Shown here: piece after piece, positions 9,448-18,997 of the stretch
How positions within the stretch are numbered: the stretch's first letter is position 1
How the letters are laid out: each line of letters begins with the position of its first letter
Origin: Methylococcaceae bacterium
GTDB lineage: Bacteria; Pseudomonadota; Gammaproteobacteria; Methylococcales; Methylomonadaceae
DNA: 64,000 nt
Direction: 5' to 3'
Assembly: GCA_037130115.1 (NCBI GenBank)
Contig: JBAXTQ010000003.1
Coordinates: forward strand, 430 to 64,429
Program-made: the position numbers and the translations under genes
The notes under the pieces: model-generated
The model's database searches: none
What the model saw: the letters and a program-made list of their open reading frames with translations, nothing else
What the model was told of the DNA's origin: nothing

Positions 9448-10532
9448 CAGTTTACTTCCTGTTGAGTGTTTACTTGTCTGCGTTGTTGCACAGCCAACGC
9501 CAGTTTTCGTAACAAGGGAGCGGTATCTTCCCAAGACAAACAGCCATCAGTAATGCTTTGCCCGTAAGTTAACGGCTGTCCTTCAACAACGTCCTGATTA
9601 CCGGCCTTAAGATGACTTTCTATCATGACGCCCATCAATCTTTGATCACCATTAGCGATTTGTCCGCAAACGTCTTGGCCGACAATGAGTTGCCGTTGAC
9701 ATTGTTTTAAACTGTTGGCATGACTAAAATCAATCATGATGTTGGGCTTTAAATCGGCGCTTACCAGACCTTCAGCCACTAGTTCGACACTGACCTCATC
9801 ATAATTGGGACGGCCATTGCCGCCTCTTAAAATGATATGCACATCTTCATTACCGGTGGTTGAGAAGATGGCGGAATGGCCCGCTTTAGTCAGCGATAAA
9901 AAATGATGCGGACTCATGGCAGCTCTTATCGCATCAATGGCAATTTTAATCGTACCATCCGTCGAGTTTTTAAAACCGATGGGGCACGATACACCCGAAG
10001 CCAATTCACGGTGTCCTTGGCTTTCTGTGGTTCTGGCACCAATGGCGCCCCAGGCGATCAAGTCGGAAACGTATTGCGGCGTAATTAAATCCAAATATTC
10101 AGTTGCCGCAGGGACACCGAGTGTATTTACATCCAGTAATAACTGCCGGGCAATACGTAAACCTTTATTGATATTAAAGCTGGAATCAAGATCCGGGTCA
10201 TTAATCAAGCCTTTCCAGCCGACTGTGGTGCGAGGTTTCTCAAAATAAACCCGCATAACAATCACCAAGTCGTCTTTTAGCTCGTCTTTAACGGCTTTCA
10301 GAAGTCCGGCATATTCTAAAGCGGCTTTGGGGTCATGAATGGAACAAGGGCCTACCACTACCAGCAGTCTGTCATCGTTGCCCGTTAAAATGTCATGAAT
10401 CTCTGCCCTCGCCTGAACAGTAGTTTGTGCCGCTTTTTCGCTGATCGGCATTTCATCGTGAACCTGAGCAGGCGGGATGACTTCTTTAATTCCGCAAATT
10501 CTCAAGTCATCAGTATTATATTTAGTTTGCAT
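9447..10532 (-). CDS. aroG: DAHP synthase class I
   Basis: [49 protein letters not shown]. Confidence 0.93.
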   Translation of the reverse strand: MQTKYNTDDLRICGIKEVIPPAQVHDEMPISEKAAQTTVQARAEIHDILTGNDDRLLVVVGPCSIHDPKAALEYAGLLKAVKDELKDDLVIVMRVYFEKPRTTVGWKGLINDPDLDSSFNINKGLRIARQLLLDVNTLGVPAATEYLDLITPQYVSDLIAWGAIGARTTESQGHRELASGVSCPIGFKNSTDGTIKIAIDAIRAAMSPHHFLSLTKAGHSAIFSTTGNEDVHIILRGGNGRPNYDEVSVELVAEGLVSADLKPNIMIDFSHANSLKQCQRQLIVGQDVCGQIANGDQRLMGVMIESHLKAGNQDVVEGQPLTYGQSITDGCLSWEDTAPLLRKLALAVQQRRQVNTQQEVN

Positions 10533-10618
10533 GCTAGCTACCAGGCCGTTGCTTTCACAAAAAGATTATTAAAATCCGGCCATTTTAACCGGTTTCGTCA
10601 TTTTCTTGTGAGTTTTTG

Positions 10619-11122
10619 CTAACAGGCGCTTGAGTTTGTTTTTTCAAGCTTCAAAAAGCTGTAACTAAAAGAGGTGTCAGGGTCATCTTTAATATCTTCG
10701 CGCGTCACTTCAGACCACTCATTCCAATCAATTTCAGGGAAAAATGTGTCACCCTCAAAGTCCCTGCTTATAAGGGTTAAATAAATCGTATCGGCCATCG
10801 GCAGTATCGCATTATAAAGATCGGAACCGCCAATAATAAAAATCTCGTCAGTGTTTTCAGCCGCTTTTTTAAACGCCGTTTTTAGGTCATTAAAAACCAG
10901 ACAGCCCTCTTGTTGATAGTCGAGGTTTCTGCTGATAATCATATTGGTGCGACCCGGTAACGGCCTGCCTATCGACTCATAGGTTTTTCTGCCCATTAAA
11001 ATAGGCGAACCCATCGTGATTGATTTAAACTTTTTAAGATCCGCTGATAAATGCCAAGGCATTTTATTATCCAGACCAATAACCCGATTACTCGCCATCG
11101 CGACGATAAGTGATATTTTCAT
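10619..11122 (-). CDS. folA: Dihydrofolate reductase
   Basis: MPWHLSADLKKFK, MGRKTYESIGRPLPGR, IIGG, GDTFFP. Confidence 0.95.
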   Translation of the reverse strand: MKISLIVAMASNRVIGLDNKMPWHLSADLKKFKSITMGSPILMGRKTYESIGRPLPGRTNMIISRNLDYQQEGCLVFNDLKTAFKKAAENTDEIFIIGGSDLYNAILPMADTIYLTLISRDFEGDTFFPEIDWNEWSEVTREDIKDDPDTSFSYSFLKLEKTNSSAC

Positions 11123-11180
11123 TTTCTTAAACAGTGTGCTTTGCTATTCTGTAACGATTAATAAATCCGAGCATCATACT

Positions 11181-12218
11181 ATGAAAAATATTCTGGTTGT
11201 ATTTACCGGCGGTACTATTGGCTCAACGGCGACAAAAGGAAGCATTGATACGGTCAGTTTAGCGCCGTTTAAATTGCTTGAGCTGTTTCAACAACATGAT
11301 AAAAATCATCAACAAATCCATTTTGAGACTATCCAGCCTTTACAAATTTTAAGTGAGAACCTGGCACCTTGTGTTTGGCAAACCCTGATTGCAGCCATTG
11401 AAGCAGAGCAATCCGAACAGTATGACGGCATTATCGTCACCCACGGCACCGATACGCTGGCCTATACCGCCGCCGCTTTAAGTTTTTATTTTAATGCCAT
11501 TAAAATCCCGCTGCTTCTGGTATCCAGTGATTATCCGTTGGATAATCCAAAAGCCAACGGAATGGATAATTTTAGCTGTGCCGTTGAATTTATACGGCAA
11601 CAACTTCAGCCCGGTATTTTTGTGCCTTACCGCAATCAACAGCAAACCACACAAGTGCATAAAGGTTCGCGTCTAACCTGTTCGTTACAATTAAGCGGCG
11701 ACTTTTTTAGTGTTCAGCGCAAAAGTTTTATGCAGTATGAAGAACAAGCCTTCTGGCGTTTGAATCCACCCACAAAATCAATGCGTGGCGATAACGATAC
11801 TTTTTTGGGTGAAATCACCCCTCTAAAAGCCTGTTTTTCTGAGCGGATTTTAATGATAAAACCCTATCCAGGCTTGGATTACAGCCATTTTAACCTTGAA
11901 AATGTCGATGCCGTTTTGCATGACTTATATCATTCCGGCACTGCCTGTGCCACAACTCAATGGGGCGAAAATCATTCGTTACTTGAGTTTATAAAACGCT
12001 GCACGGTGCAAAATATTAAGCTTTATCTGGCACCGTCGATTAAATCAACGGATGCCTACCAAAGCACCCGGGCATTAATAGAGCAGGGTGCAGAAATGAT
12101 CTGGAATATGTCTATAGAAGCCGCCTATGTAAAGCTGATGCTGGCTTATGGAAATTTTACCGATGAACAGCAAATAACGGGGTTTATTGATAAAGATATT
12201 GCCGGGGAGCATGTTTAA
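11181..12218 (+). CDS. ansA: L-asparaginase type I-like protein
   Basis: TGGTIG and HGTDT catalytic Thr motifs, EAAYVKLMLA. Probable ATG at 11181. Confidence 0.75.
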   Translation: MKNILVVFTGGTIGSTATKGSIDTVSLAPFKLLELFQQHDKNHQQIHFETIQPLQILSENLAPCVWQTLIAAIEAEQSEQYDGIIVTHGTDTLAYTAAALSFYFNAIKIPLLLVSSDYPLDNPKANGMDNFSCAVEFIRQQLQPGIFVPYRNQQQTTQVHKGSRLTCSLQLSGDFFSVQRKSFMQYEEQAFWRLNPPTKSMRGDNDTFLGEITPLKACFSERILMIKPYPGLDYSHFNLENVDAVLHDLYHSGTACATTQWGENHSLLEFIKRCTVQNIKLYLAPSIKSTDAYQSTRALIEQGAEMIWNMSIEAAYVKLMLAYGNFTDEQQITGFIDKDIAGEHV

Positions 12219-12341
12219 GCGTGCCGGTTGTATCTTTCAGTGGTTGTTAAAGCATTGCAACGTGCAGAAAGCATTCGTTTTCGTTTGCGTTTAAATGATC
12301 TTATTTTCGACGCCAAGGCTGTTCTGCCTTGATAATGCAGC

Positions 12342-12971
12342 TTATCCAGATTTTTGGGGTAAAGATAGCTTTTCAAAGAAATCCAGCAGTTCATGCAGTT
12401 TGGTACTGGGATTCATTTCCTCGCTTGCTATGGCTTCAGTAAGAATGTTGGGCGCTATTCGACGCGCCTCGGCAAACCCATTATTCAGCATTAATTTGAA
12501 AAGACCTTGAACATTACCTTTATCGTAATTTTGCAAGCAGGCATGAGTACACAAGTCTTTGATAATTAAATCTCCTGCCGAGTATTTGCCAGCCGCCGCA
12601 TAGGGTTTGCGATTATAGCCAAAGTGCAGCAATAGCCAGAACTCGAAGCATGGATAAGAGATAATTATGTCGATTTTTTTTGATGTCTTGGCCAAGATTA
12701 ATGCTTCATCAAAGTTTTGGTGCGTGTCCCTATCTATCGAGCAAAAGATGCGATCGAATTTTCCTTGGCGACTAATTGCTTCCTTAACTATGCTCAATGG
12801 ATCGGTTTTTCCGCAATGGGCAATTTCCACTAATACTGTGACCCGAAAATGCAGGCTGGCATCTTCTAAATACCGCTTTCCTGATTTAGTGTCTTCACAA
12901 ATAACCAATACTGTCGGCTGAGGTTTAAACTTGGGTTTTTGCCGATTGAACGAATTAGAATCACGCGTCAT
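12342..12971 (-). CDS. RloB/AbiLii-like TOPRIM protein
   Basis: VICED, CSIDRD, SYPCFEFWLLLHF, NPST motifs. Confidence 0.85.
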   Translation of the reverse strand: MTRDSNSFNRQKPKFKPQPTVLVICEDTKSGKRYLEDASLHFRVTVLVEIAHCGKTDPLSIVKEAISRQGKFDRIFCSIDRDTHQNFDEALILAKTSKKIDIIISYPCFEFWLLLHFGYNRKPYAAAGKYSAGDLIIKDLCTHACLQNYDKGNVQGLFKLMLNNGFAEARRIAPNILTEAIASEEMNPSTKLHELLDFFEKLSLPQKSG

Positions 12972-12973
12972 GT

Positions 12974-14224
12974 CTAGCCCTTGCGAACAAAGGGAAGTCC
13001 ACGGTAGCGACCTTCGTAATAGCGCTTTTCCAAATCTTCGCTTTCTCGACCCTCAAAATCATGAATAGATCGCAATTGTGTCGCACCGTTGGCGTCACGT
13101 TCGGTAAGCCAAAACTGATCGCGGCGTAATAATTTGGCATCCATCAGATGCGTATCATGTGTGGTGAAGATAAGCTGGGTAGGTAAATCTGATTTAATAT
13201 GTTTTGCCACCAAAGAGATAACAATCTCAGGATGGAGGCTACTATCCAGTTCATCCACTATCAATGTTCGATCTTCGATAAAGTTAGTATGAATGCTCCA
13301 AGGCAGCCAAAATCCAATTAGGTTTTTGGTGCCCTCAGATTCTTCTTCAAAATCAAACTCGGCTTCACCTAATGCAGTTCTATGCGTTAATATCGTTTTG
13401 CTTTTCTGTTTTGAGCTGATCAGTCCCATTAATTTGTTTGCCGAGACAGGTTCTTCCGAATTGTGCTCTATTGGATCGACGCGAATATTGGTGACGGGAA
13501 CATCAACATCTTGTAAAAACGATGAAATTTCTTTGGCAAAGGAAGGATGCTCTTTTACTAGCTTCTGGCTACTATTTGCCCGCCACTCCATGCCTCCAGA
13601 AACAATCATGAATCCTGTTTGTAACCATGTCAGCGGTTCTCTCAATTGCTTCAAATCTTCACTACTGTTTGCTACGGCTTGGCTAAGAAACAACACCTGT
13701 GGGCCGGTGGATTTTTTCCATAACTCATGCAAATCTTTTCCACCTTCCAATTGTGATCCAAAAGTGTACTCCTCGCCGGAAGGCAGGTGACGCCGTTCGT
13801 ACAATAGCGTTTCTTTTCCTTTAGGGAATGCAAGCAGACGTTCTTCGACGATGCGCTGCCAGGTTAAAGCCAGATGAAATTCATAGCGTTGTTCGGCATA
13901 AATAAAATGCAACTCAACTCGACTGGGTTGATCGGCTAACTGTGTGTCAAAGCGAAAAGGGGAAGCTGGGAGTAATGTAGATTGTGCGCTAGGTTGAAGA
14001 TTGGCAATAGAGCTAACAATATTAAACGCCTGAATTAGATTGCTTTTGCCTGATGCATTTGGGCCATAAATGGCGGCAACCTTTAGCAAATCTGGAAGTT
14101 TTTCACCTTTAACAACAGGCTTGAAAACGTTATCGCCCTTTTTTAATCTAGGCGCTGCAACCATGGAAAAGGTTTGCTTTTCGCGAAAAGAACGATAGTT
14201 GCTGATAGAGAATTCGATTAACAT
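12974..14224 (-). CDS. AAA_21/AbiLi-like ATPase
   Basis: NYRSFR, YGPNASGKSN (Walker A), ESEGTK, IVDELDSSLHP, FTTHD, RRDQFW, YYEGRYRGLP. Confidence 0.88.
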   Translation of the reverse strand: MLIEFSISNYRSFREKQTFSMVAAPRLKKGDNVFKPVVKGEKLPDLLKVAAIYGPNASGKSNLIQAFNIVSSIANLQPSAQSTLLPASPFRFDTQLADQPSRVELHFIYAEQRYEFHLALTWQRIVEERLLAFPKGKETLLYERRHLPSGEEYTFGSQLEGGKDLHELWKKSTGPQVLFLSQAVANSSEDLKQLREPLTWLQTGFMIVSGGMEWRANSSQKLVKEHPSFAKEISSFLQDVDVPVTNIRVDPIEHNSEEPVSANKLMGLISSKQKSKTILTHRTALGEAEFDFEEESEGTKNLIGFWLPWSIHTNFIEDRTLIVDELDSSLHPEIVISLVAKHIKSDLPTQLIFTTHDTHLMDAKLLRRDQFWLTERDANGATQLRSIHDFEGRESEDLEKRYYEGRYRGLPFVRKG

Positions 14225-14753
14225 GCAGAAAACTCGCAGTTATAGTGTTTATTTAGGTTATTAATATAACTTATTTTCATTTTATCTGCCTATTTTCTGC
14301 ATTAGAGTGATGATTCTAAAGCTACCTTCATTCTTACCATTCGCCCTTAAAAAACCTTAAATAATTAATTAAAAATTAAACAAAATCAATCAATTAAATT
14401 TTATTGGAAATATTGTGATAATTTTTTCATGGCAGCATCTCGTTTGCCTCTCGAATGCAATAGGTGTGTGGACATGATGTTTTTTAGCATTTTTTGTAAT
14501 ACGTTGATTTTAAAATAATTTTATAACTAGTTGTTTCTTAATTGATTTATCTTAACATATTGATATTGCTTCAAAAATAATTAATTTTTTATCGGATTTT
14601 AATAGCGAATGGTGAGTTCATTGCTATTATATTTCTAATAATTGCCCAAGTGGCGTGGTAGAGCATATCTCTATGCGAATTAAAATTTAAGCCTGGAAGA
14701 ATTTAACCGTCCTTGCCATAATAGACTTTTTATACGTTTCCAGGTATGACTCT

Positions 14754-15959
14754 ATTAACAAGCACATTTTATTAGGCGTTAGCGGCGGTATTGCCGCGTA
14801 CAAATCCGCCGAATTAGTCAGGCTGCTTAAAAAGCAGGGCGCAGAAGTGCGGGTGGTGATGACGCAGTCTGCCATGCAGTTTATCAGTCCGTTAACTTTT
14901 CAGGCACTGTCGGGTAATCCTGTCCATAGCGAATTGCTGGATGCCGATGCAGAAAATGCGATGGGGCATATCAGTTTGGCGCGTTGGGCTGATTGCTTGC
15001 TTATCGCGCCTGCAACAGCCAATCTGATTGCAAAATTAAGTCATGGTCTGGCTGACGATTTGCTGTCAACGCTTTATTTGGCGGCAACGTGTCCGGTTTA
15101 TCTGGCTCCGGCCATGAATCAGGCGATGTGGAACAAAGCCGTCACTCAAGAAAATGTCGAAACCCTCCAGCGTCATGGCGTTAAATTGATCGGGCCGGAA
15201 CAAGGCGACCAGGCGTGTGGAGAAACCGGTTATGGACGAATGACCGAACCCGTTGCCGTTTGCAACTATCTGGCTGATGTGCTGGAAAATCAGAATTCAT
15301 CACCCGTGCAATGGCTGCAAGGTCTTAAAGTGTTAATCAGTGCCGGCCCCACTCGTGAGCCTGTAGATCCTGTGCGCTACCTTACCAATCGCAGTTCCGG
15401 AAAAATGGGTTATGCGCTGGCAAAGGCCGCTTTAAAAGCCGGGGCAGAGGTAACACTGGTGAGTGGCCCGGTATCATTAACAGCGCCAGCAAACGTCCAA
15501 TTAATTAAAGTAGAAACGGCTGCGCAAATGTACGAGGCGGTTATATCCAGAGCCTCAGACCATGCCATCTATATCGGTGCGGCGGCGGTGGCTGATTACA
15601 GTCCTGTCATTATGCAGCCGGAAAAAATAAAAAAGCAGGAAGAACAGTCGACCCTAATCCTGCAAAAAACCAAAGATATACTGGCAGACGTGGCAAAACT
15701 CGATAAGCATCCGTTCACGGTTGGCTTTGCTGCGGAGACACACAACCTTGAAGTTTATGCGCGAGACAAACTGGCACGCAAACAACTGGATATGATTGCT
15801 GCAAACTGGGTAGGACAAGAGCAGGGTGGCTTTGATAGCGAACAAAACGCCCTGCACGTTTTTTGGGAAAAGGGTGATAAAGTTTTTCCAATGATGGATA
15901 AAACCCGCCTCGCAGAACAGTTAATCCGCTTGATTGCCGAACGATTTAATACCACTTGA
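14754..15959 (+). CDS. coaBC: Phosphopantothenoylcysteine decarboxylase/synthase; start codon ambiguous (ATT at 14754?)
   Basis: Conserved NKHILLGVSGGIAAYKSAELVRLL lies in frame upstream of the track start (14847). HISLARWAD, PAMN, SAGPTRE..DPVRYLTNRSSGKMG, VGFAAET. Confidence 0.93.
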   Translation: MNKHILLGVSGGIAAYKSAELVRLLKKQGAEVRVVMTQSAMQFISPLTFQALSGNPVHSELLDADAENAMGHISLARWADCLLIAPATANLIAKLSHGLADDLLSTLYLAATCPVYLAPAMNQAMWNKAVTQENVETLQRHGVKLIGPEQGDQACGETGYGRMTEPVAVCNYLADVLENQNSSPVQWLQGLKVLISAGPTREPVDPVRYLTNRSSGKMGYALAKAALKAGAEVTLVSGPVSLTAPANVQLIKVETAAQMYEAVISRASDHAIYIGAAAVADYSPVIMQPEKIKKQEEQSTLILQKTKDILADVAKLDKHPFTVGFAAETHNLEVYARDKLARKQLDMIAANWVGQEQGGFDSEQNALHVFWEKGDKVFPMMDKTRLAEQLIRLIAERFNTT

Positions 15960-15980
15960 ATTCATAAGGCCTTAAAGAAT

Positions 15981-16208
15981 TATCACCACGAAGACACGGA
16001 GATCACGAAGAAAAAAGAAATAAAACTTCGTGTCTTCGTGGTGAATGAGTTGTAAGTATTCAAGCCCCCTCGCTATGCTCTCCCCCTTTGAAAAAGGGGG
16101 ACTGAGGGGGATTTATCTAATAAAATCTCCCTTAACCCTCTTTTTCAAAGAGAAGTCTGAATATTACAAAAAAATAAAACTTCGTGCTCTTCGTGTCTTC
16201 GTGGTAAA
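15981..16208. repeat. Composite intergenic repeat cluster (CACGAAGACACG family flanking a CCCCCTTTGAAAAAGGGGG palindrome)
   Basis: IR at 15981-16046, palindrome 16062-16155, third arm 16177-16208; between convergent genes. Confidence 0.7.
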
Positions 16209-16228
16209 TAAGCTTAGCTATAAAACGG

Positions 16229-16846
16229 TTATTTTCTCGCCTCAATCAGTTTAATAATATCACTGCTACGCTCGTCAACACGCACCAGGGCAAAGCCACT
16301 GGCTTTAATATTTTTAACGGTATTTCTGTTAATATTCGCTCCGACCAGCGCAACAATGGCCGGGTTAATAAAGTTCATGACTTTTGCAATCACAGGTTTT
16401 GAGCTTAACACATGTTCCAGTAATAAAACCTGACCACCCGGTTTGCAAACACGGTACAGTTCCTTTAAGCCTTTAACCGGTAATGGCACAGAACAAAAAA
16501 CAAAAGAACCGATAACGGTATCAAAACTGTTATCTGCAAAGTCTAACGATTGGATGTCCATGAGGTTAAGCTCAACAGAAACCGCTTTCCGGGCTTTTTT
16601 ATGCGTGGCCTGTTTGAGCATTTCCGGGCTAAAATCAATCGCAGTTATACGGGCATCAACGGGATAATAGTCAAAGTTTTTGCCGGTGCCAACACCGACT
16701 TCAAGAATATGATGACCCTCTACTTTCGCCCACAGTCTTTTGCGCCAGTTTTTAAAAAACAAGCCTTCCATGACGGCTTCCAAACCTTCAAAATAGGGAG
16801 CTAGCCGGTCATAGCGTTTTTTGATTACTGTGCTGTCAGATTTCAT
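16229..16846 (-). CDS. Class I SAM-dependent methyltransferase (PmtA/UbiE-like)
   Basis: ILEVGVGTGKN, AIDFSPEML, FVFCSVP, ELYRVCKPGG. Likely ATG at 16846 (track extends to 17038). Confidence 0.8.
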   Translation of the reverse strand: MKSDSTVIKKRYDRLAPYFEGLEAVMEGLFFKNWRKRLWAKVEGHHILEVGVGTGKNFDYYPVDARITAIDFSPEMLKQATHKKARKAVSVELNLMDIQSLDFADNSFDTVIGSFVFCSVPLPVKGLKELYRVCKPGGQVLLLEHVLSSKPVIAKVMNFINPAIVALVGANINRNTVKNIKASGFALVRVDERSSDIIKLIEARK

Positions 16847-17026
16847 AATGGAGTTTGGCGCATAAATTAGATTGTCGAATATTACAGTGCGAACTTGGGG
16901 TACATCAACACTATTCGTTGTTGTCGTGTAAAATAGACAGCTTCTGGCGCAAGTGCCGGAAGCGGAATGCATTCTCAAGTTGGTATTGAGAGCAAGAGAT
17001 GAAGTATTTTTGGATTTTTTATAGAC

Positions 17027-17632
17027 GTGAAAGCACAACTAGAAGATTTGGTACAGACCCGACTCCCCACTGAACACGGCGAGTTTGTTCTGCATTTCTA
17101 CAGCAATACTATTGACGACAAAGAGCATATCGCCCTGGTTAAAGGTGAGGTAGCAAACCGGGAAAATGTCCCCGTGCGTATTCACTCGGAATGTTTTACC
17201 GGTGATGTGCTCGGTTCCAGGCGTTGTGATTGCGGCGAACAACTGGCAATGGCCATGCAGCTTATTAATGAAGCAGGCTTTGGTGTGTTGATTTATCTGC
17301 GTCAGGAAGGACGCGGCATAGGCTTGTTGAAAAAGTTACAGGCTTATAATTTACAAGACGCAGGTATGGATACTGTTGATGCCAATATTCACTTGGGACA
17401 TCTTGCCGATGAGCGAGAATACAACATTGCCGCTTTAATGTTGGAAGATCTCCAGATAAAATCAATAAAGTTGATGACCAACAATCCGCAGAAAATGGAT
17501 GACATGAAAAAGCTGGGTATTAATGTGGCAGGCCGTATTCCGGTGGAATCAGTGGCTCATAATGACAATGTCGGCTATTTAAAAACCAAAGCAAAAAAAA
17601 TGGCGCACATGCTGTTCGAACCTAAACCGTAG
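17027..17632 (+). CDS. ribA: GTP cyclohydrolase II
   Basis: VRIHSECFTGDVLGSRRCDCGEQL, YLRQEGRGIGL, MTNNP, YLKTKAKKMAH. Confidence 0.95.
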   Translation: MKAQLEDLVQTRLPTEHGEFVLHFYSNTIDDKEHIALVKGEVANRENVPVRIHSECFTGDVLGSRRCDCGEQLAMAMQLINEAGFGVLIYLRQEGRGIGLLKKLQAYNLQDAGMDTVDANIHLGHLADEREYNIAALMLEDLQIKSIKLMTNNPQKMDDMKKLGINVAGRIPVESVAHNDNVGYLKTKAKKMAHMLFEPKP

Positions 17633-17701
17633 GGGCAATCCCTTGCGGTTGCCCTTTGCAAGCCCTTGCAGTTGCCCTTTGCAAGCCCTTGCAGTTGCCC
17701 T
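17629..17701. repeat. GTAGGGGCAA-type REP followed by a 23-bp tandem amplification
   Basis: CCCTTGC(G/A)GTTGCCCTTTGCAAG x about 2.7, no spacers. Confidence 0.75.
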
Positions 17702-17721
17702 AATGTTATGTCTGATTGTCT

Positions 17722-18894
17722 TTATACCAGCTTCATTTCAACCAGCTTGACCCAATAAGCCGCACCCACCGACAATATTTCATCGTTAAAATCGTAATGC
17801 GGATTATGCAGTAAACAGCTGTTTTCAGAAGAACCGTTACCTATCCAGATATAACAGCCCGGTTTTTCTTGCAGCATAAAAGCAAAATCTTCTGAACCCA
17901 TGCTGGGTGTTGGCTGTTGATCAACACAGTCCTCCCCGACTACAGCGCTGGCCGCTTTTAACGCAATAGCTGTTTCCGCTTCGGTATTAAAAGTGACCGG
18001 ATAACCGGCATTCTCGGGGTTAAAGCGGATGTCTGCGCTAACGTCAAAACCCGCACAAATGCCCTTAACCAATTGCGTTATTTTATCGGCAATCAGTGTT
18101 TTTACCGTAGCGCTAAAACATCTAAACGTGCCTCTTAACAGCACCGATTCCGGTAGGGCATTCCAGGTGTTTCCGGCATGAATCTGGGTGATACTGACCA
18201 CCGCAGAATCAGCCGGATTTACGGTTCTACTAACGATGGTTTGCAGGGCAGTGATCAACTGAGCCGCAGCAACAATGGCGTCATTGCCCAAATGCGGCAT
18301 GGCTGCATGAGTCGCTTGTCCGGTAAGGGTGATTTCAAAACAATCAAACGAGGCCATCATGGCACCTGCTTTAACGGCAAAATGGCCCACCGGAATATCC
18401 GGAAAATTGTGCATCCCAAACACGCAATCTGCCGGAAATTGTTCAAATAACCCGTCATCTATCATTTGTTTGGCACCCGCACGACCTTCTTCGGCAGGCT
18501 GAAAAATAAAATAAACGGTTCCGTTAAAGTGGCGGTGTTCTGATAAATACTTGGCGGCACCCAGCAACATCGCCGAATGACCATCATGACCACAAGCGTG
18601 CATTTTGCCCTCATGGCATGACTTATAAGAAAACGTGTTTTGTTCCTGGATAAATAAAGCATCCATATCGGCACGCAAGGCTATTTTTTGATCACTGTTT
18701 CCGGCTGAAAGCGTGGCAACAACGCCGGTTTTGCCTAATCCTTGATGAACCTCCAGTCCAAAACCGGTCAGTTTATCCGCGATAAACTGTGCTGTTTTGG
18801 TTTCTTCAAAAGCGGTTTCAGGAAACTGATGTAAATGCTGCCGCCAGTGGCGCATCTCAGTGTGTAGTTGTTGTAACTTATTGGTTAGTGTCAT
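17722..18894 (-). CDS. M20D amidohydrolase (hippurate hydrolase-like)
   Basis: HQFPETAFEE, LRADMDAL, MHACGHDGH, FQPAEEG, GSEDFAF, LHNPHYDFND. Confidence 0.9.
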   Translation of the reverse strand: MTLTNKLQQLHTEMRHWRQHLHQFPETAFEETKTAQFIADKLTGFGLEVHQGLGKTGVVATLSAGNSDQKIALRADMDALFIQEQNTFSYKSCHEGKMHACGHDGHSAMLLGAAKYLSEHRHFNGTVYFIFQPAEEGRAGAKQMIDDGLFEQFPADCVFGMHNFPDIPVGHFAVKAGAMMASFDCFEITLTGQATHAAMPHLGNDAIVAAAQLITALQTIVSRTVNPADSAVVSITQIHAGNTWNALPESVLLRGTFRCFSATVKTLIADKITQLVKGICAGFDVSADIRFNPENAGYPVTFNTEAETAIALKAASAVVGEDCVDQQPTPSMGSEDFAFMLQEKPGCYIWIGNGSSENSCLLHNPHYDFNDEILSVGAAYWVKLVEMKLV

Positions 18895-18997
18895 GGCAAA
18901 ACCGGGCTGAATCTAAATAAGTCATCATGCTACAACTAAAGCGAGATTATACAAATAGTTATTGGTTTACGAACGAATCAGTCTTGAGAAAAGATTT

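Noticed and set aside
14644-14665. GCCCAAGTGGCGTGGTAGAGCA resembles a tRNA-Leu 5' end
   Set aside because: D-arm is incomplete and no anticodon arm, T-arm or acceptor partner follows; at most a remnant or coincidence.
16850-17026. FMN riboswitch upstream of ribA
   Set aside because: Conserved RFN motifs (AGGGCGGGGTGAAA..CCCxACCGGCGG) are not present.
17629-17701. Possible CRISPR array
   Set aside because: 23-bp units are directly adjacent with no unique spacers, and no cas genes are present.
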